Positions 1 through 13,665 of a stretch of 64,000 bases of DNA are shown one piece after another. Under the pieces are notes generated by a model. The model was not told the origin of the DNA and did not search any database. It was given only the letters and a program-made list of their open reading frames with translations. Position 1 is the first letter of the stretch, and each line of letters begins with the position of its first letter. The translations under genes and the position numbers were made by a program. The DNA comes from Curvularia clavata (taxonomy: Eukaryota): NCBI GenBank assembly GCA_023920165.1, contig CP089277.1, positions 1,178,001 through 1,242,000 of the forward strand, read 5' to 3'.

Positions 1-1429
1 AGATGGAGTTGGAGGATCCGGGTCAGCATCTATAATTTCATAGCGGCGTTGCTTGCCCTCGCCAATGACCGAAGTCACGCGACAGAGGATACCTTCGCCC
101 TCGAAAGACATAGAGGAGGATGAGGATCGGTTTTTCGCATTGTTTCGGTAGAGCACTTCGGTTTGTGGAGTGAGGCGCGGTCGAGCTTCTGTGATCTGTC
201 AGCCACCAATCGACTCGAGTAACGTGGATGACGGCTATAAAGCGGACGCTGAAAGGTACATGGTGGCATGAGCACACAGGAAAAAGTATGAGATGAGACG
301 AGGTGAAATTTTGAGCTTGCCTATCCGACTACAAACCTCGAACAAGCCGAAAGAAAGATGACAAAGTGGGTATCGTCTGCCGTCTAGAAAAATGCCGAAA
401 GTGAAGGTGTGGCTCAACGCTTGGTCTTGTATTTGATCTTGGGCTTGGGCTTGGAAGAAGGAAGAACCATCTTACCCTTACCCGAATCGTCCTTGTCATC
501 CTCCATCTTCACGCTGCCCTCTCTTGCAACGGGGACTGATCCTGCTCTGCTACCACCAGACTTGGCAACCAGTCGGTCTTTCTGGCTGCTGATGACTACT
601 TTAGGGCTGGGGCCTCCAGGACTATCAGCGGTCAGGCTGTCGCGGTCGTCGATGCTGTCTGTTAGCTTTCGTTTGCCCTGGCGGTCGCGTCCAGACTTTC
701 CATGTCCGACGCTAGTCGATCGTGAAGCGGATGGCTGAGCTTCTTCAGAATTGCGCAGCGCGGCAAGGAGGGTCATTTGCGTGTGAACGTCGTTACCACC
801 TTCAATAGGTTGGAGGAGGGCCTGTACCTCTTCAACCTTGCGGATGTTGTCGCGAAGAAGATCTTCCAAATCGTCGTCAATACGGGCTGAGCGTTCCTCT
901 CCACGTTCTACTCAAGTTAGCACTGGTGCCGCCGCGCCAGCTGGTCTGACACACCTGTACGAGCGGCTTGCTCTGCTTGGAGCGCGAGTATCTTTTCCTG
1001 GAGAAGATCTGATTCTTTCTATGACGCGTTAGTAGAGGGCAACGCGGTGCTGTAGTTATATCAAACGGAAGCATGAATAATCGAGCCTCGGAGTCTCCCG
1101 TCTGTTGGACGTTCAGTCGATATAACTTCGCTGCGCCATGAAGTTTCCGCCACGCCTGTCTCTTTTCTCTGACTACGAGCTTGCAATGTAAGATTGCGGG
1201 TTGAGCATAGCCAGTGCACTCTCCAAAGTCGCACAGCTTGCGTGTCACATGGCGCGTTGTGAATGAGACGGGAGCTAGTCAACGAGAACACTGAGGATGC
1301 TTTGATTGAAATGCCGCATACCATGAGCTGGTCGACCCTTCGGCCATCAGACTTAATCGAGTTCCAAATCACCCTCTCCTCGTCGAACTCCTCCTTGAGT
1401 TGGCCGCGGGGCCTGCTTCGCGCAGCCAT
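1..1429 (-). CDS. SGF29: SAGA complex subunit Sgf29 (3' end runs off the window start); introns approx. 1019-1321, 909-956, 189-475
   Basis: Spliced frame MAARSRPRGQLKEEFDEERVIWNSIK...KESDLLQEKILALQ...EDLLRDNIRKVEEV...EGEGILCRVTSVIGEGKQRRYEIIDADPD, the last part being the start of the Sgf29 tudor-like domain; canonical splice signals. Confidence 0.85.
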
Positions 1430-1754
1430 GTTGACGGAAGTTGATCTCCGCCAGCTCCCCAGCTCTTTCTGTGTTACCGGACGCGTTGTAGGTAGGTCAT
1501 GTGGAAGCGGTGTGGCTTTGTGAAAGAAGGGTGACAGCGGGAAACGCAGACGAGAGCACGTGTAGTCGATTGGGATGCAGGGCAGGAGCCGCGCTAGTGA
1601 CGGAAGAGGGGTAGGGTCTCCATGAGCTTAATCCGACAGCCTTGTGACGGTGATGAGGGCGCCAATAGCGGTACTACAGTGGGCCCGCCACAGCTCCGTT
1701 ACCACATACCGCTTTCCTCCACCACATTGACACGCTTTACGAAACAATATCAAA

Positions 1755-3321
1755 ATGCGGAACCCTCTTATCAGATTGGAATGCGGTAAGCTGAAGGTCC
1801 ACGACGCCAAAAACAAACGTGAATTGACGAGTTTGCAGGCGTGAACAGCTACGACTGGGGTACACAGCCCCGCATCATAACTCCATCAGCGGTATGCTGA
1901 AACAACCCAGGGAAAGTCGGTAAAGACTCGGCCGCTGCCAAATTTCACGCTGCGACAGCTTCCGATTTTTCAATCGAAGAAGAGAAGCCGTATGCTGAGG
2001 TATAATTAATCTGGGGTTGCTATTGGCCGTGGCTCACCGTGACAGCTATGGATGGGCACTCACCCCTCGCTTCCCTCCAAGGACCTCGAGACCAAGCGAA
2101 CTCTCCTAGACCTCGTCCAGGAGAACCAGGCGCTCCTCTCCACCGATATTGCCGAACGATACGCCAATAAGCTACCGTTCTTGTTCAAGGTTCTGTCCAT
2201 AAACAAAGCCTTGAGCATTCAGGCGCATCCAAACAAGAAGCTTGCCGAGCAGCTGCATGCAAATGATCCCAAGAACTACCCAGGTCAGTCCTCCCAAAAT
2301 CTTCTTGACTTGGTGCTGATTCTGCAAACCAGATGACAACCACAAGCCTGAGATGACCATTGCGGTCACACCTTTCGACGGACTTTGCGGCTTCCGCCCC
2401 CTTGCTGAGATTGCACACTTCCTCAAGACCGTTCCCTCCCTACGCAAACTCGTCGGCGAAGAAGAATCAACCAAATTCGAGGAGACGATAAAGGGCAAAG
2501 AGACATCAGACAAGGAAGAAGATGTGCAAGCAAATAAGAAAGCTCTTCAGTCAGCATTCACAAAACTCATGAACGCAGACAAGGACACACTAGCTTCCGC
2601 AAGCAAGGAACTGATCGAAGCCGCAAAGTCAGAAGGCGACAACTTTGCAGCTGGAGGCCCACCATCCAACACAGGCAAGGAACTCGCCGATCTCGTCATC
2701 CGCCTCGACTCTCAATTCCCAGGCGACATCGGCCTCTTCGTTCAATTCTTCCTCAACTACGTCAAGCTCAATGTCGGCGAAGCCATGTTCCTCAAGGCTG
2801 ACGACATCCACGCCTACCTCTCTGGCGACATCATTGAGTGTATGGCCAGCTCCGACAACGTTGTGCGCGCGGGCTTCACACCCAAGTTCAAGGACGTCGA
2901 CAACCTCACTAAGATGCTGACGTACAGTTACGCCCCAATTAGCGAGCAGAAGATGGAGCCCAAGGACTACTCGCGTGTGCGCCTCAATGCGCCGGCGTAC
3001 AGCTCCAACTCGAGCAATATGCTGTACAACCCTCCGATTCCTGAGTTTGCGGTTGTGCGCACGGCGCTGAATCGGACGGGTGCGAAAGCTACGTTTGATC
3101 CGATTGATGGGCCGAGTATTATTCTTTGTACAAAGGGTAAGGGAACGATTAGCGTTGGGCCCAAAGAGGAGGAGCTGCAAGAGGGTTTCGTTTACTTTGT
3201 TGGAGCTACGGCAGAGGTTGTTATCAAGAGCGATGTTGATGCTGGAGAGGAAGAAGGCGCAGAGGGTCTGGTGACGTTCAAGGCTTTCTGTGAGATTGAG
3301 GATGACAAGGGCAAGCTGTAG
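1755..3321 (+). CDS. PMI40: Mannose-6-phosphate isomerase (type I PMI), 4 introns
   Basis: Motifs [64 protein letters not shown]. Confidence 0.97.
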
Positions 3322-3515
3322 AGGCTGTTTTTGGTACAGCATAGACATTTCTGTTACGGAGGGAGGCTATGACTGACGTTTTGTCATCTCATGGCCCATA
3401 TTTGGGGCACATAGCTATCTCTCCGGTATTTGCGAAAGAACACCACTGCCTTGGGGTTCCATTTGGCAGTCCCCAATCGCCTATACGCTCACACCATTAT
3501 TTTCTACTCCATGTT

Positions 3516-4556
3516 TTAAAAACCATCATCGATACCCTTGCTCTTCTCCGCCGCACGCCTTTCGTTATCGACAGTCCACCACCACTCGTGTATCTCCCAG
3601 GTGCATTTCCCTGGCGCCTCATCCCATGGTTTGGGGCTCAAGATATAATGTACATTCTTGACTTCCTCGTCCCTCCATATAGCGTCGTGTACACCCTTTG
3701 ACCTCAGTGTCTTGAGCGCATTGTAGGTATACGGCAACGTGACCCAGCGGCCATTAAAAAGATCGCCGAGGAGCGACTGGTCGGCGAAATCGTACGACAT
3801 GGATGTTTCATGGGCAAGCTGCTTGAGAATAAGGTCGTACGTAGCCATGGAAGGGTTTACGACTTGTAGGCCGCCATTAGGCATGCCGAGACCGGCTGTA
3901 GGAGCGGCACCGTTTTTCTGTGCGGAATCGGGATCGCTGTGTTGCGAAGTGAAGGCGCAGTTTTCGGGGATCCTAGTTCTGAAGTGAGTTCCAAGGTTGT
4001 CGAACAGAGGAGAGGGGTGTTTACCAGTCCTTGGGGTAATGCGGCTTCTTGAGCGGATTGCATACACAGGCATGGCTCGCGGCGAAAACCCGGTCGCCTT
4101 TGCCTCCTGCGCTCGGCGGATCTAATTCCAGGTCCATGAGCTCGTCCATGTTCTTCAATACCAACATGTCGCTGTCGAGCTGGACTACACGGTCATATTC
4201 TTCCAAAGAGAACGGTGTGAGCTTGCTCCAGCAGTCGTAGAAGCGTGGGTCGTTGGTAAAGTCCTTCTTGACCGTAGGCAACAAGTACTTGACATGTTGC
4301 TTGGGGATGCCGCGCTCATCGAGAGCCTTGTGGCCTTCGGCGGGGAAGGTGTCGGTATACAGTGCGACGAGCGGGTATTTCGAGCCGTGCTTCTTCAGGC
4401 TGTAGTCGAGGGTGAGGAGACCGGTGAGGTATGCCGTGTTTGTTATTAAAGTCGTCCATACTGAGGTTTGTTGGCTTTAGTAATCCCAGATCAGGTCGTG
4501 GCTTGGATACCTTTCTTCGACTTTACATCAGCCGGAGCTTCGGTCGCGTTCTGCAT
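3516..4556 (-). CDS. Glycosyltransferase family 8 protein (glycogenin/galactinol synthase-like), 2 introns
   Basis: WTTLITNTAYLTGLLTLDYSL, WSKLTPF..EYDRVVQLDSDM (DxD), NGGLQVVNPS, FADQSLL, VHYILSPKPW. Confidence 0.9.
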
Positions 4557-4970
4557 CGTGGGTATGTATGCGTGTTGGACGCGTGGCGCGAAGTATGAGG
4601 GAGGAGCAGAGAGAGTTGTTGTTTGTTACACAGGTTGAATTGCGCCATCTTGGACCTGTTTATGAGCGCAACTTTTGTTTGGAGGGGTCGTAAGAGCCGC
4701 TAATCCAAGTAGTAACGATCGTACCAATTTGGGTAGCACGACGGTCCGACCGAAGCCGATCTCCGGTCCCTCTCAAGATCGTCACCACCTGTGTACTATC
4801 GCGGAGGCTTGTGCGTTTCCGACTGCAGGCTACCGACGCGCTGCACCAGGTATGGGACGGACGTATGCATATGTCAGGGTCATCGAATTCTTACTCTTGA
4901 CACCTACTACTCCTGGCTCTGTCTTTTGAGGCATGATTCCTACATTGCACTGGGGAACAGCGACGCGACA

Positions 4971-6038
4971 ATGGCTACCACAGCCCTGAAACCCGCCGAT
5001 ATGAAGCCTGCATCAACTGCTCTCATTGCGACTTCGGACGAGCCTCACAAGTCGCCCAAACACTACCGCGGCTTTGTCGCTGGTGTCTTCAGTGGCATTG
5101 CAAAGCTCTCAGGTGTGACGAGGACCATGTCTCGCTGTTCAGTCCTTATCTAACAACAGATAGTCGGCCACCCGTTCGACACGGTCAAAGTGCGTCTGCA
5201 AACCACGGAGAAGTCTCGTTTCCGAGGACCAGTAGATTGCCTTATGCAGACGTTGAGGAAAGAGGGCTTCGCAGGCTTGTACAAGGGTGCCACACCGCCA
5301 TTGGTGGGATGGATGTTTATGGACTCGATGTATGGCGCTCTCTACCTCGACCTTGACGCTGTGCTAACTGGGTAAAGCATGCTAGGGTCTCTCAGTGTAT
5401 ACCGCCGCGTGCTCAACGACCGCGTCTTCAACCCACCCTCGTCCGTCCAGTTTGGCGAACAGCGAGGCAAACTTCCAGCGTATGGCCATGGCCTGGCAGG
5501 CATGATGGCAGGATGGACAGTGTCTTTCGTTGCGGCGCCGGTCGAACATATCAAAGCTCGCCTGCAAGTCCAGTATGCAGCAGATAAGACAGCGCGTCTA
5601 TATTCTGGGCCGATTGACTGTTTGAAGAAGATATACAAAGGTCATGGCGTAAAGGGCGTGTATCATGGCCTGGGTGCGACACTGCTGTTTCGCACCTTCT
5701 TCTGTTTCTGGTGGGGGACGTATGACTTGTTCACAAAACAATTGCAGAGACAAACGAATTTGTCGGCACCGGCGGTCAATTTCTGGGCAGGCGGTCTTTC
5801 AGCACAGGTATTCTGGTTGACGAGTTACCCTAGTGACGTTATAAAGCAGCGGATCATGACAGATGCACTTGACGACCGGAAGTTTCCACGATGGAGAGAT
5901 GCCGCTCAAGCGGTGTATAGAGAAGGGGGCTGGAGAGGATACTGGCGCGGGTTCGTGCCATGCTTTTTGCGGGCGTTTCCTGCCAATGCCATGGCACTGG
6001 TGGCATTTGAAGGTGTGATGAGGAGTTTGCCAGAGTGA
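4971..6038 (+). CDS. Mitochondrial carrier family protein (carnitine/amino-acid carrier-like), 2 introns
   Basis: Three Px[DE]xx[KR]x[KR] signatures: HPFDTVKVRLQ, APVEHIKARLQ, YPSDVIKQRIM. Confidence 0.92.
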
Positions 6039-7316
6039 AGAGGGAAGAATGCTTGAGGAACAACAATGGGCCTTGTCAGCAAGGGACAGCGGTGTTCGGC
6101 TTTGGCGACGCATGATGGTTTTCAGCAACACGATACCCACGACAAAACAAATAGACGAGCCGCAAGAATGTTTACTTATCTCTACTCTCGCCCTTTTCTG
6201 TGGAATGAAGGCATGTTCCGAGGCACGGGTGGTGTCCTGATTGGTTCATGTGCGAAATGGTAATTGTACGTGTTGAATTACAACGCCTTACCGTCGAGTA
6301 GGCGGTATTACAGCAACGCCTCGTGGGTTTAGTGTAGAGCTAGGCGGGTTAGCTCCAGGGTTAGATCGGATGCAGTATGCCTCAGCGTCGGTCCTAGAAC
6401 CTTTTCGGATACTGTTCCAGCGCCGTGCAGCACATGATGATATCAGGCATCCACTTGGGCAGCGGGACAGGATGCTCTAGCGAGAGGAAAAGAAAAAAGA
6501 AGGTCGTGTGTCACCGAGGCGGCAAAAGGTGTTGCAACGACAGCGGGAGCTCCACGCGTCCAAAGAGAGCAGCCCGTCTGTGGGGCGCGGGCTCGGTGCA
6601 AAGGACAAGTCTTGACTGGCGGTATTGGCAAGGTATGGTTCGGTGGTAGTATAATTGTATGGTAGTATAGTTCAATCTCAGGAGCAGGGAGAGTAGCGCC
6701 GCGTACCTGCGTCTGCCGGCACTGGCCACAGAAGAACCCCCCCACAGAGGGTCGAGTACAACTGATGGCGCAACCAAACATTGACGTGATACGACCCCTT
6801 TTTCCGCTTCGGGAGCACGGCGGAAGCTTCGCATGGCTACGGGCAGCGGCATTGGCGACGGTGGTGGGCTGAAGAGGGACGGACGGCCTGTCAAAGAGCA
6901 AGGCCGTTGGGCGCGCACGGATGTTTCGTCGGCTGGAGGCTCTGGGATCTGCGACTTGCCCGGCTTTGGTTTCACTCCTGACTGGCTTGAAACCTTCATT
7001 TTAGGGACTGAGGCCCGCGTCCACAACGCGACACTATACAGACTTTGTCTTTGCTGGTCCCGCTGCTTTTGCTGCTACTGCTCCCTCTCTCCCCCCTCTC
7101 TTCTGCTCCGCACCCACCCACCTTCTCCCACTCCTCAACCCTATCGTCGTCTCTCCTCCATTTCAGAACACCCTGTCGCCAGCATCACCGGCACCCTTTC
7201 CCGTGCCCGCTTCTCCTTAGCAGCTATCGCCGAGACTACCACGCCATTCTCCGTCTGGTCAACCAGCCTCTTACGAGCCTCCTCCCCGCACTGCCATTCT
7301 AGTACCGACAGCCACC

Positions 7317-8195
<879 letters not shown>

Positions 8196-9312
8196 ATGAC
8201 ACTGGGCTTTGCATTCTCTCCCCCAACCCCTATCCCGCTTCCATTCTTGTACGACTGCATGCGCTCTACTACTACTACCAGCTGCTCTGGCTCCTCTTCC
8301 TGCATATACCCGGGTGTTTTCCTTCCTGTCATCCTATTCGCCTTATAATCTCCTAATCCACGGCTAACCACTTTTTCTACTCAACCGGCGGGTGTTTTGT
8401 GCTGTCTGGGGCCTTCTTCTCTGTCGTTCGCGCGCTCTCTCGCTCTCGCTCTTGCTCTTTGTACAAGCGAAGATTTGTACAAAAAACTTACATGCAATGC
8501 TCATCTAGTCTTGTTACGCTGACTGGTGTCTGTTTTCTGGCTATTCCTTATGTTATTGGAGGTGGTGTTGATAGCAAGCGACTTGATTTCCCATCTTGGT
8601 GGGTTTTGCTTGATTGTGAATGTGAGATCAGCGTGTGCACTGTTCTTCTTCGTTCGTGGTGAAACTAACAAGTAGTCTTTAAGCTTTGGAAATTCGCATG
8701 CTGATACAAATCCCCATAAACTTTAACTGAGCAGTTACTTTTTCCACTTTCTCCCTTTTTTTTCCCTTTTTTTCCTTTCCTTTTCATCGCGATCTATTTC
8801 CGTCCCTGTGCAGATCACACCTGCTTCGTTTTAGCATGTCTACTAAAAAGTCTGCTTTGTTTTGTTTTCCTGTTTTGTTCTACCTCCGTATTCCGCATTC
8901 GCCAGTTGTTGTAGTTATACTCTTTGGTGTAGACCCTGTATTCTAGTTGATGGTGTTTTTGGGCTGTTTGTTTTTCCTTTCCCTTTCCCCAATCACACTC
9001 ATATACAATGCAACTCCACGTCTCGAATGCTCTCTCCATGTACACATTTCTCTGCACTAAAGATCCAGGCACCGTTCATTGAATTTAATGAATTGTCAGC
9101 ATCTGTAATCAGATGGCTAGTCAAGATAGGCTAACACGCCAGTATCCATGTACATGTCTCAAACCCGCTGGACCATCCCAATCCTAAGCTTGCGCTCTTT
9201 CTTTCCTATTGACCCAGAACACCAGAAAATGATCGCTGTATATACAAAAGACAAAAAGCAAAGTAAAGGACTACAGGAAGCATATGCCAGTCTCCGTAGG
9301 ACTATGGCACAA

Positions 9313-11426
9313 TCACCTCCACTGGCCTTGGCTCAACTTGAGCAGACCCTCGACACACCCAGCTTCCTCAGCCGAATTGATACTCGAACGTCCACTGGCG
9401 CCATCCCCGCCCATGAACTGCCGTAGTTCATCGTCCTGCTCGGGGTCTGTTACACGTTTTGTCCCATTCCGCTTCTCTTTGGCTAGCAGGGCGCCAAGAC
9501 TGGATGACTGCGACATCAACTCTCTGTTCTCTCCTAGGATCTGACGAGCACCCCGCGAAGCTGGAGGCGTGGCAGCAACTTGTCGATCCCTGCATACTGT
9601 TTTTGGTGCATCTGGTTCCCAGTTCTCCTTGTCGCTCTCTGTCTGCGGGAACTCGTCCGACTCGGTGCTGTCGCCGCTCTTCTTGTAGTCGGAGTAATCG
9701 TGGTGTGAGAGACGGCCGCTGATGGTGGAAGCACGTTGCATAGGACCACGAGACTTCTTTACTGACGGGGTGCCAAGCACCTTGTGCAAGCTGTGACGTC
9801 CTGTGAGTGGACTGCTGTTCTGACGGGCCTGGTTCTGAGCCAGTATCCGTCGGTTGGCGCGTAGTATTCCTATCGCATCTGCTGCGCTTCCGCTCTCTTC
9901 TTGTTCCGCACGCGCAGTCAGGCTGGTAGTAGACCGGGTCTCAGGATCACACCAAAACTCCCATGCACGCGAGTCCCTACTCCTTCCGATACTCGACGCT
10001 GTCCTTGGTATTTTTGGGGTTGGCTCTCCTCGTGCGGCAGCAGCTAGTCTATCATTCAGACCTGCAGCACTGTAGCTTCGTCGAAGGCCGGCAGCAGCAC
10101 GAGAAAATGAAGACGGGGTCTTCTTCGACTTGGGTGGAGAAGGTGTCTTATCCAGGTCTGTAACGATGCGTGCTGTACCGTTCTCATTGGTTGACAGTCT
10201 CATGAATGAGTGTGTGCGCTTCAGTGGTCGAGAGGGGGTCTTCGCTATGGTTTCTGGTGATTCAGAGGGTCTAGGTGGAGCGTTTGGAAAAGTGATAACC
10301 TCAGGCGTGTAATCTTCGAGATACCGGACAAAAGAGGCACTGCGACGGTTGGAAATCCATGATGTACGTGATTGCGCGGGACCCTGTGAAGATGACACTA
10401 CTTGCTGCGAGTCGGTGGTCTGGGCAGGGGCTGTCTCCGCCTGGGCTTCCGTTGAAGGTTCGACAGCTGTCTCGTTTGCGTGTTCAGAATCAGCAGCCGC
10501 AGAGACAGCTGTGTCGATGGTCCGCGGTTCTGGTATAGTTTCGTCGGAGGTTAGTTCTGGGGTTGCAGGCTGCTCTGGTGGATCGGACTTGAAGCACTCG
10601 TCCGACTCTTTCGGCTCCGGCGCGTTATCGATACGGCGCGCACTGGGCGGCGCTATCTCATCTTCGGTGAGCGGATCTGACATGGCGGACGATGAAGACA
10701 AAAAGGATGCGGTGGATGACGGCTCGAGAGGCCGCGAGCGCCGGCGTTCGTTTTGGCGTTTATCTGGTGCAAGGCATGATCAGGACGTGTTTCAACCCAA
10801 GGCAAGCCTCGTGTGGCGCAACTAGAATGCAACCTGCAGGAAGCCGCAAGGCGTATATGCAGCGGCGCGAGGAAGGGACAACTTACTCTGGAACCAGATC
10901 TGAGGAAGTAAGTTAGCAGGGGCGCGCACACTCGTGACGTGGAGTAATATGGATGAGACGTACCTGAACCTCTTTTTCGCCAAGCGCCACCTTTTTGACA
11001 ATTTCCAGGCGGGCAGCCTTGCTAGGCTTTGGATTTTTCAGGTACTCGGACTTGAGTATGTCTTCGTCTTCCTTGCTACAAGGCGTCGTGGTCAGCGGCG
11101 ATGGCATGTTGTAGTGTCGCTTGCCCGCGGGGTAGTAGGCCGAATAGCTCCCGGCGCACGAACCAGCGCGCGTCCAACATGGATCACGAGCAGATGGAAG
11201 AGCGAACGGAAGAAACGAAAGTCGCAGAATTGACAACATACCTTGTGCGTCTTCGTTTCTGGCGGGCGAGTGCCTTGTTGTCGACATCTGGTGGCATGTG
11301 GTTTGCAACAGTTTCCTGCGAATGGACGAGAAAGGCCAATTGACCACTGAAACTTGCGCGTCTAGCAGTCGGCAGACGCGATGACGCAGGCGAGGAAAAC
11401 GAGGGTAGAGGTGACGAGTGAGTCAT
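9313..11426 (-). CDS. Homeobox transcription factor (Yox1/Yhp1-like), 3 introns within the homeodomain
   Basis: Spliced homeodomain RQKRRRT/SKEDEDILKSEYLKNPKPSKAARLEIVKKVALGEKEVQ/IWFQ/NKRQNERRR; C-terminal WEFWCD and VEGLLKLSQGQW motifs; start codon uncertain. Confidence 0.88.
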
Positions 11427-13665
11427 GGCGAGAGGGCAGCACCAGGTGCGGGTGGGAGATCAAGAGGTAGATTTGAAGAATTGGCCGGCATGCAAAAGGT
11501 TATAGAAAGAATCACGCGAACCGTATGGTGGCAGGAAAGGGTTACGTGAGGCGCGTCTCCGGTCGCGTACCGTATCAGATTAGTCCGAGCCGGGCGCTTG
11601 CCTATGTCGTGCAGTGAACTCGCCGTCTGTGCACTTGCTCCCTCCAGCCTCGAGCCCACGAACCGCCCCCATCCCGCAGATCGTCACGTACGCACGAGCA
11701 CCGCTGACCGGGCGAGCTGCTGTCCTTTTTCGTCTTCAACGCGGCGGCGACCTGAATGCGACGCGTTTCATCTGGTGAACTACCTCCTTTCTTGGTGCCT
11801 GACGTGCGGTCCCGCCCATTGCTTTTTCCGCCGTTCTCTCAGCCTTACCGAGACCCCGGCGAGCACACGCGTGCATAGAATCCGGCTCGCGACATGCGGA
11901 GCGATGAAGAATTGTGTCCAGACGGTCGGCACAGCGAAAGAGCATGCGAAATAGACATGGGAGATTTGACCCAGAAGGCTGTTCATGATATCTGCCATTT
12001 CTGGACGGCGACTACGACCACACCAGCAAAAGAGGCGCTGTTAGCTTTGCAGAGCTCACGAAACACGTCGGCACGTGACGTATTAACCCAATCAAGCCCC
12101 TCCGGCCGCCTCCCCCACAAAACACCATCGGCGCCCCCGTAGGTACCATTGATGTACATGTCCGCAATACATTGTCTACACAAACTGTCTATCGTCGGCC
12201 TTGTCCGATGCTCCATTGTGAGCCGGTCTTCTGTGGCTCACTCGTCTAGGCAACGACAGACCCTTCAACTAACCCATCTCCTGTCTGCGATGATGCGCAG
12301 AACCGGTCCTTCTTTCTTAGCATCTGACATGTTGCATGCACCTCCGTCTATCCGCACGCTCATTGTCTGCTTGTCCTGATACCCCGCCCGTACCGGTGAA
12401 GATGGTCCGCTCAAGGCAGAAGGCCATGCGACTAGTTGTCAGAGCCTCCCTCATCTCCAGACGTGCTATGCTCTAGTCAGAAGGGCGGCCTTTCTGCCTT
12501 ACACATATACACATCTTAGCAAGCCCTCTGCATATGACGCCGAGCAGCCACTGGATTAGCCCCAGGATTACTTGACCATTCACGGAAGAAAGTAGCAACG
12601 CAGCTTACTTTCAAGAAGGCGGCGAGGCAAAAATTCCATCTCTGCCACTTCAGGGACCATCGCTTGAACGAATCAATGGGTGCTCATTTTGTGGCTTTAC
12701 CTGGTATTTGCGCCATGCCAAATGCTAGCCTGGTTGTGGCCCCATTTCCCTATCCTGTCGTCTTCCGAGAACCTCCTGGTCTCTCGGTTGCCCATGATTG
12801 GTGAGCCTTTCCCGCACCAATCGCCGCCTCCGAAGTTATGTTGTCATGATATCCATGCTCCACTGCCCTACCGTTTGAACCCTGTACAATTGATGCTGCG
12901 TAAGTTCTTCGCTAGATTAATAACGGCATTCTAACTTGTTTTTGAAAGTCTTGCAAGATCTCTTTGCTCGGGTACTAAAATATGCCGGTACCGAGCTACC
13001 GCCCGTTTTTCAATTGCTATACCTACTCCCTACCTTACATACAACCACAGACATGTCTGCGACAGTTCCCAAAGGCCATTTTCTCGTCTCTTACAATCTT
13101 ACTTTTTAGTCTGCTCCCTAGTCTCCCTTCTGGTCTCTTAGTAAAATAGAGTGGTTAGGCACTCCCCCTAATCATTACAAACGCCAACCCCACGCCCACA
13201 CTGCACATGCTTGCTTCTCTATCTCTTGTGTGACATTTGCAACCAAGAGTCACAGGACGCCTGCAGCAGCGGAACCGGGGATTCGGCCCCTCCACACTAG
13301 CAACAGCACCCGGTCCCACCACGGAGGCCTTCGAAGTAGGCAACGGCATCAAGTAGGTGATCTGCCATTCGTCTTCACCAAGCTTTGCCACACTACTCCC
13401 AAACATCCCTGAACGTTGCAAAATATGGTGGCAGCTGCTGTCACCCCATGGTTATGCACCTGCTTCACCGTACTCGTGGGCTTAGAGACACCCCTGTGAG
13501 TCAAGGGTGCCAGTACACTGGACTTTGAACAACGGTAAATGGGCACGGATCTTGCCCAAAATGAGTCTTAGTCGTGGACATAGAAAAGGCAGAGAAGTCG
13601 GAATCTACCATCATATCTTGGTATCGTCAGCGAACCAAGAGCTCCAAAACAAATCCCAGATAGCA

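Noticed and set aside
2629..3348. 239-aa minus-strand ORF over PMI
   Set aside because: Antisense shadow of a codon-biased gene; no recognisable motif.
1755..4556. PMI and GT8 as a sugar-metabolism cluster
   Set aside because: Only two convergent genes with no shared promoter and no established pathway link.
8740..8990. T/C-rich tracts downstream of ARF6
   Set aside because: Typical low-complexity 3'UTR/terminator sequence between convergent genes.
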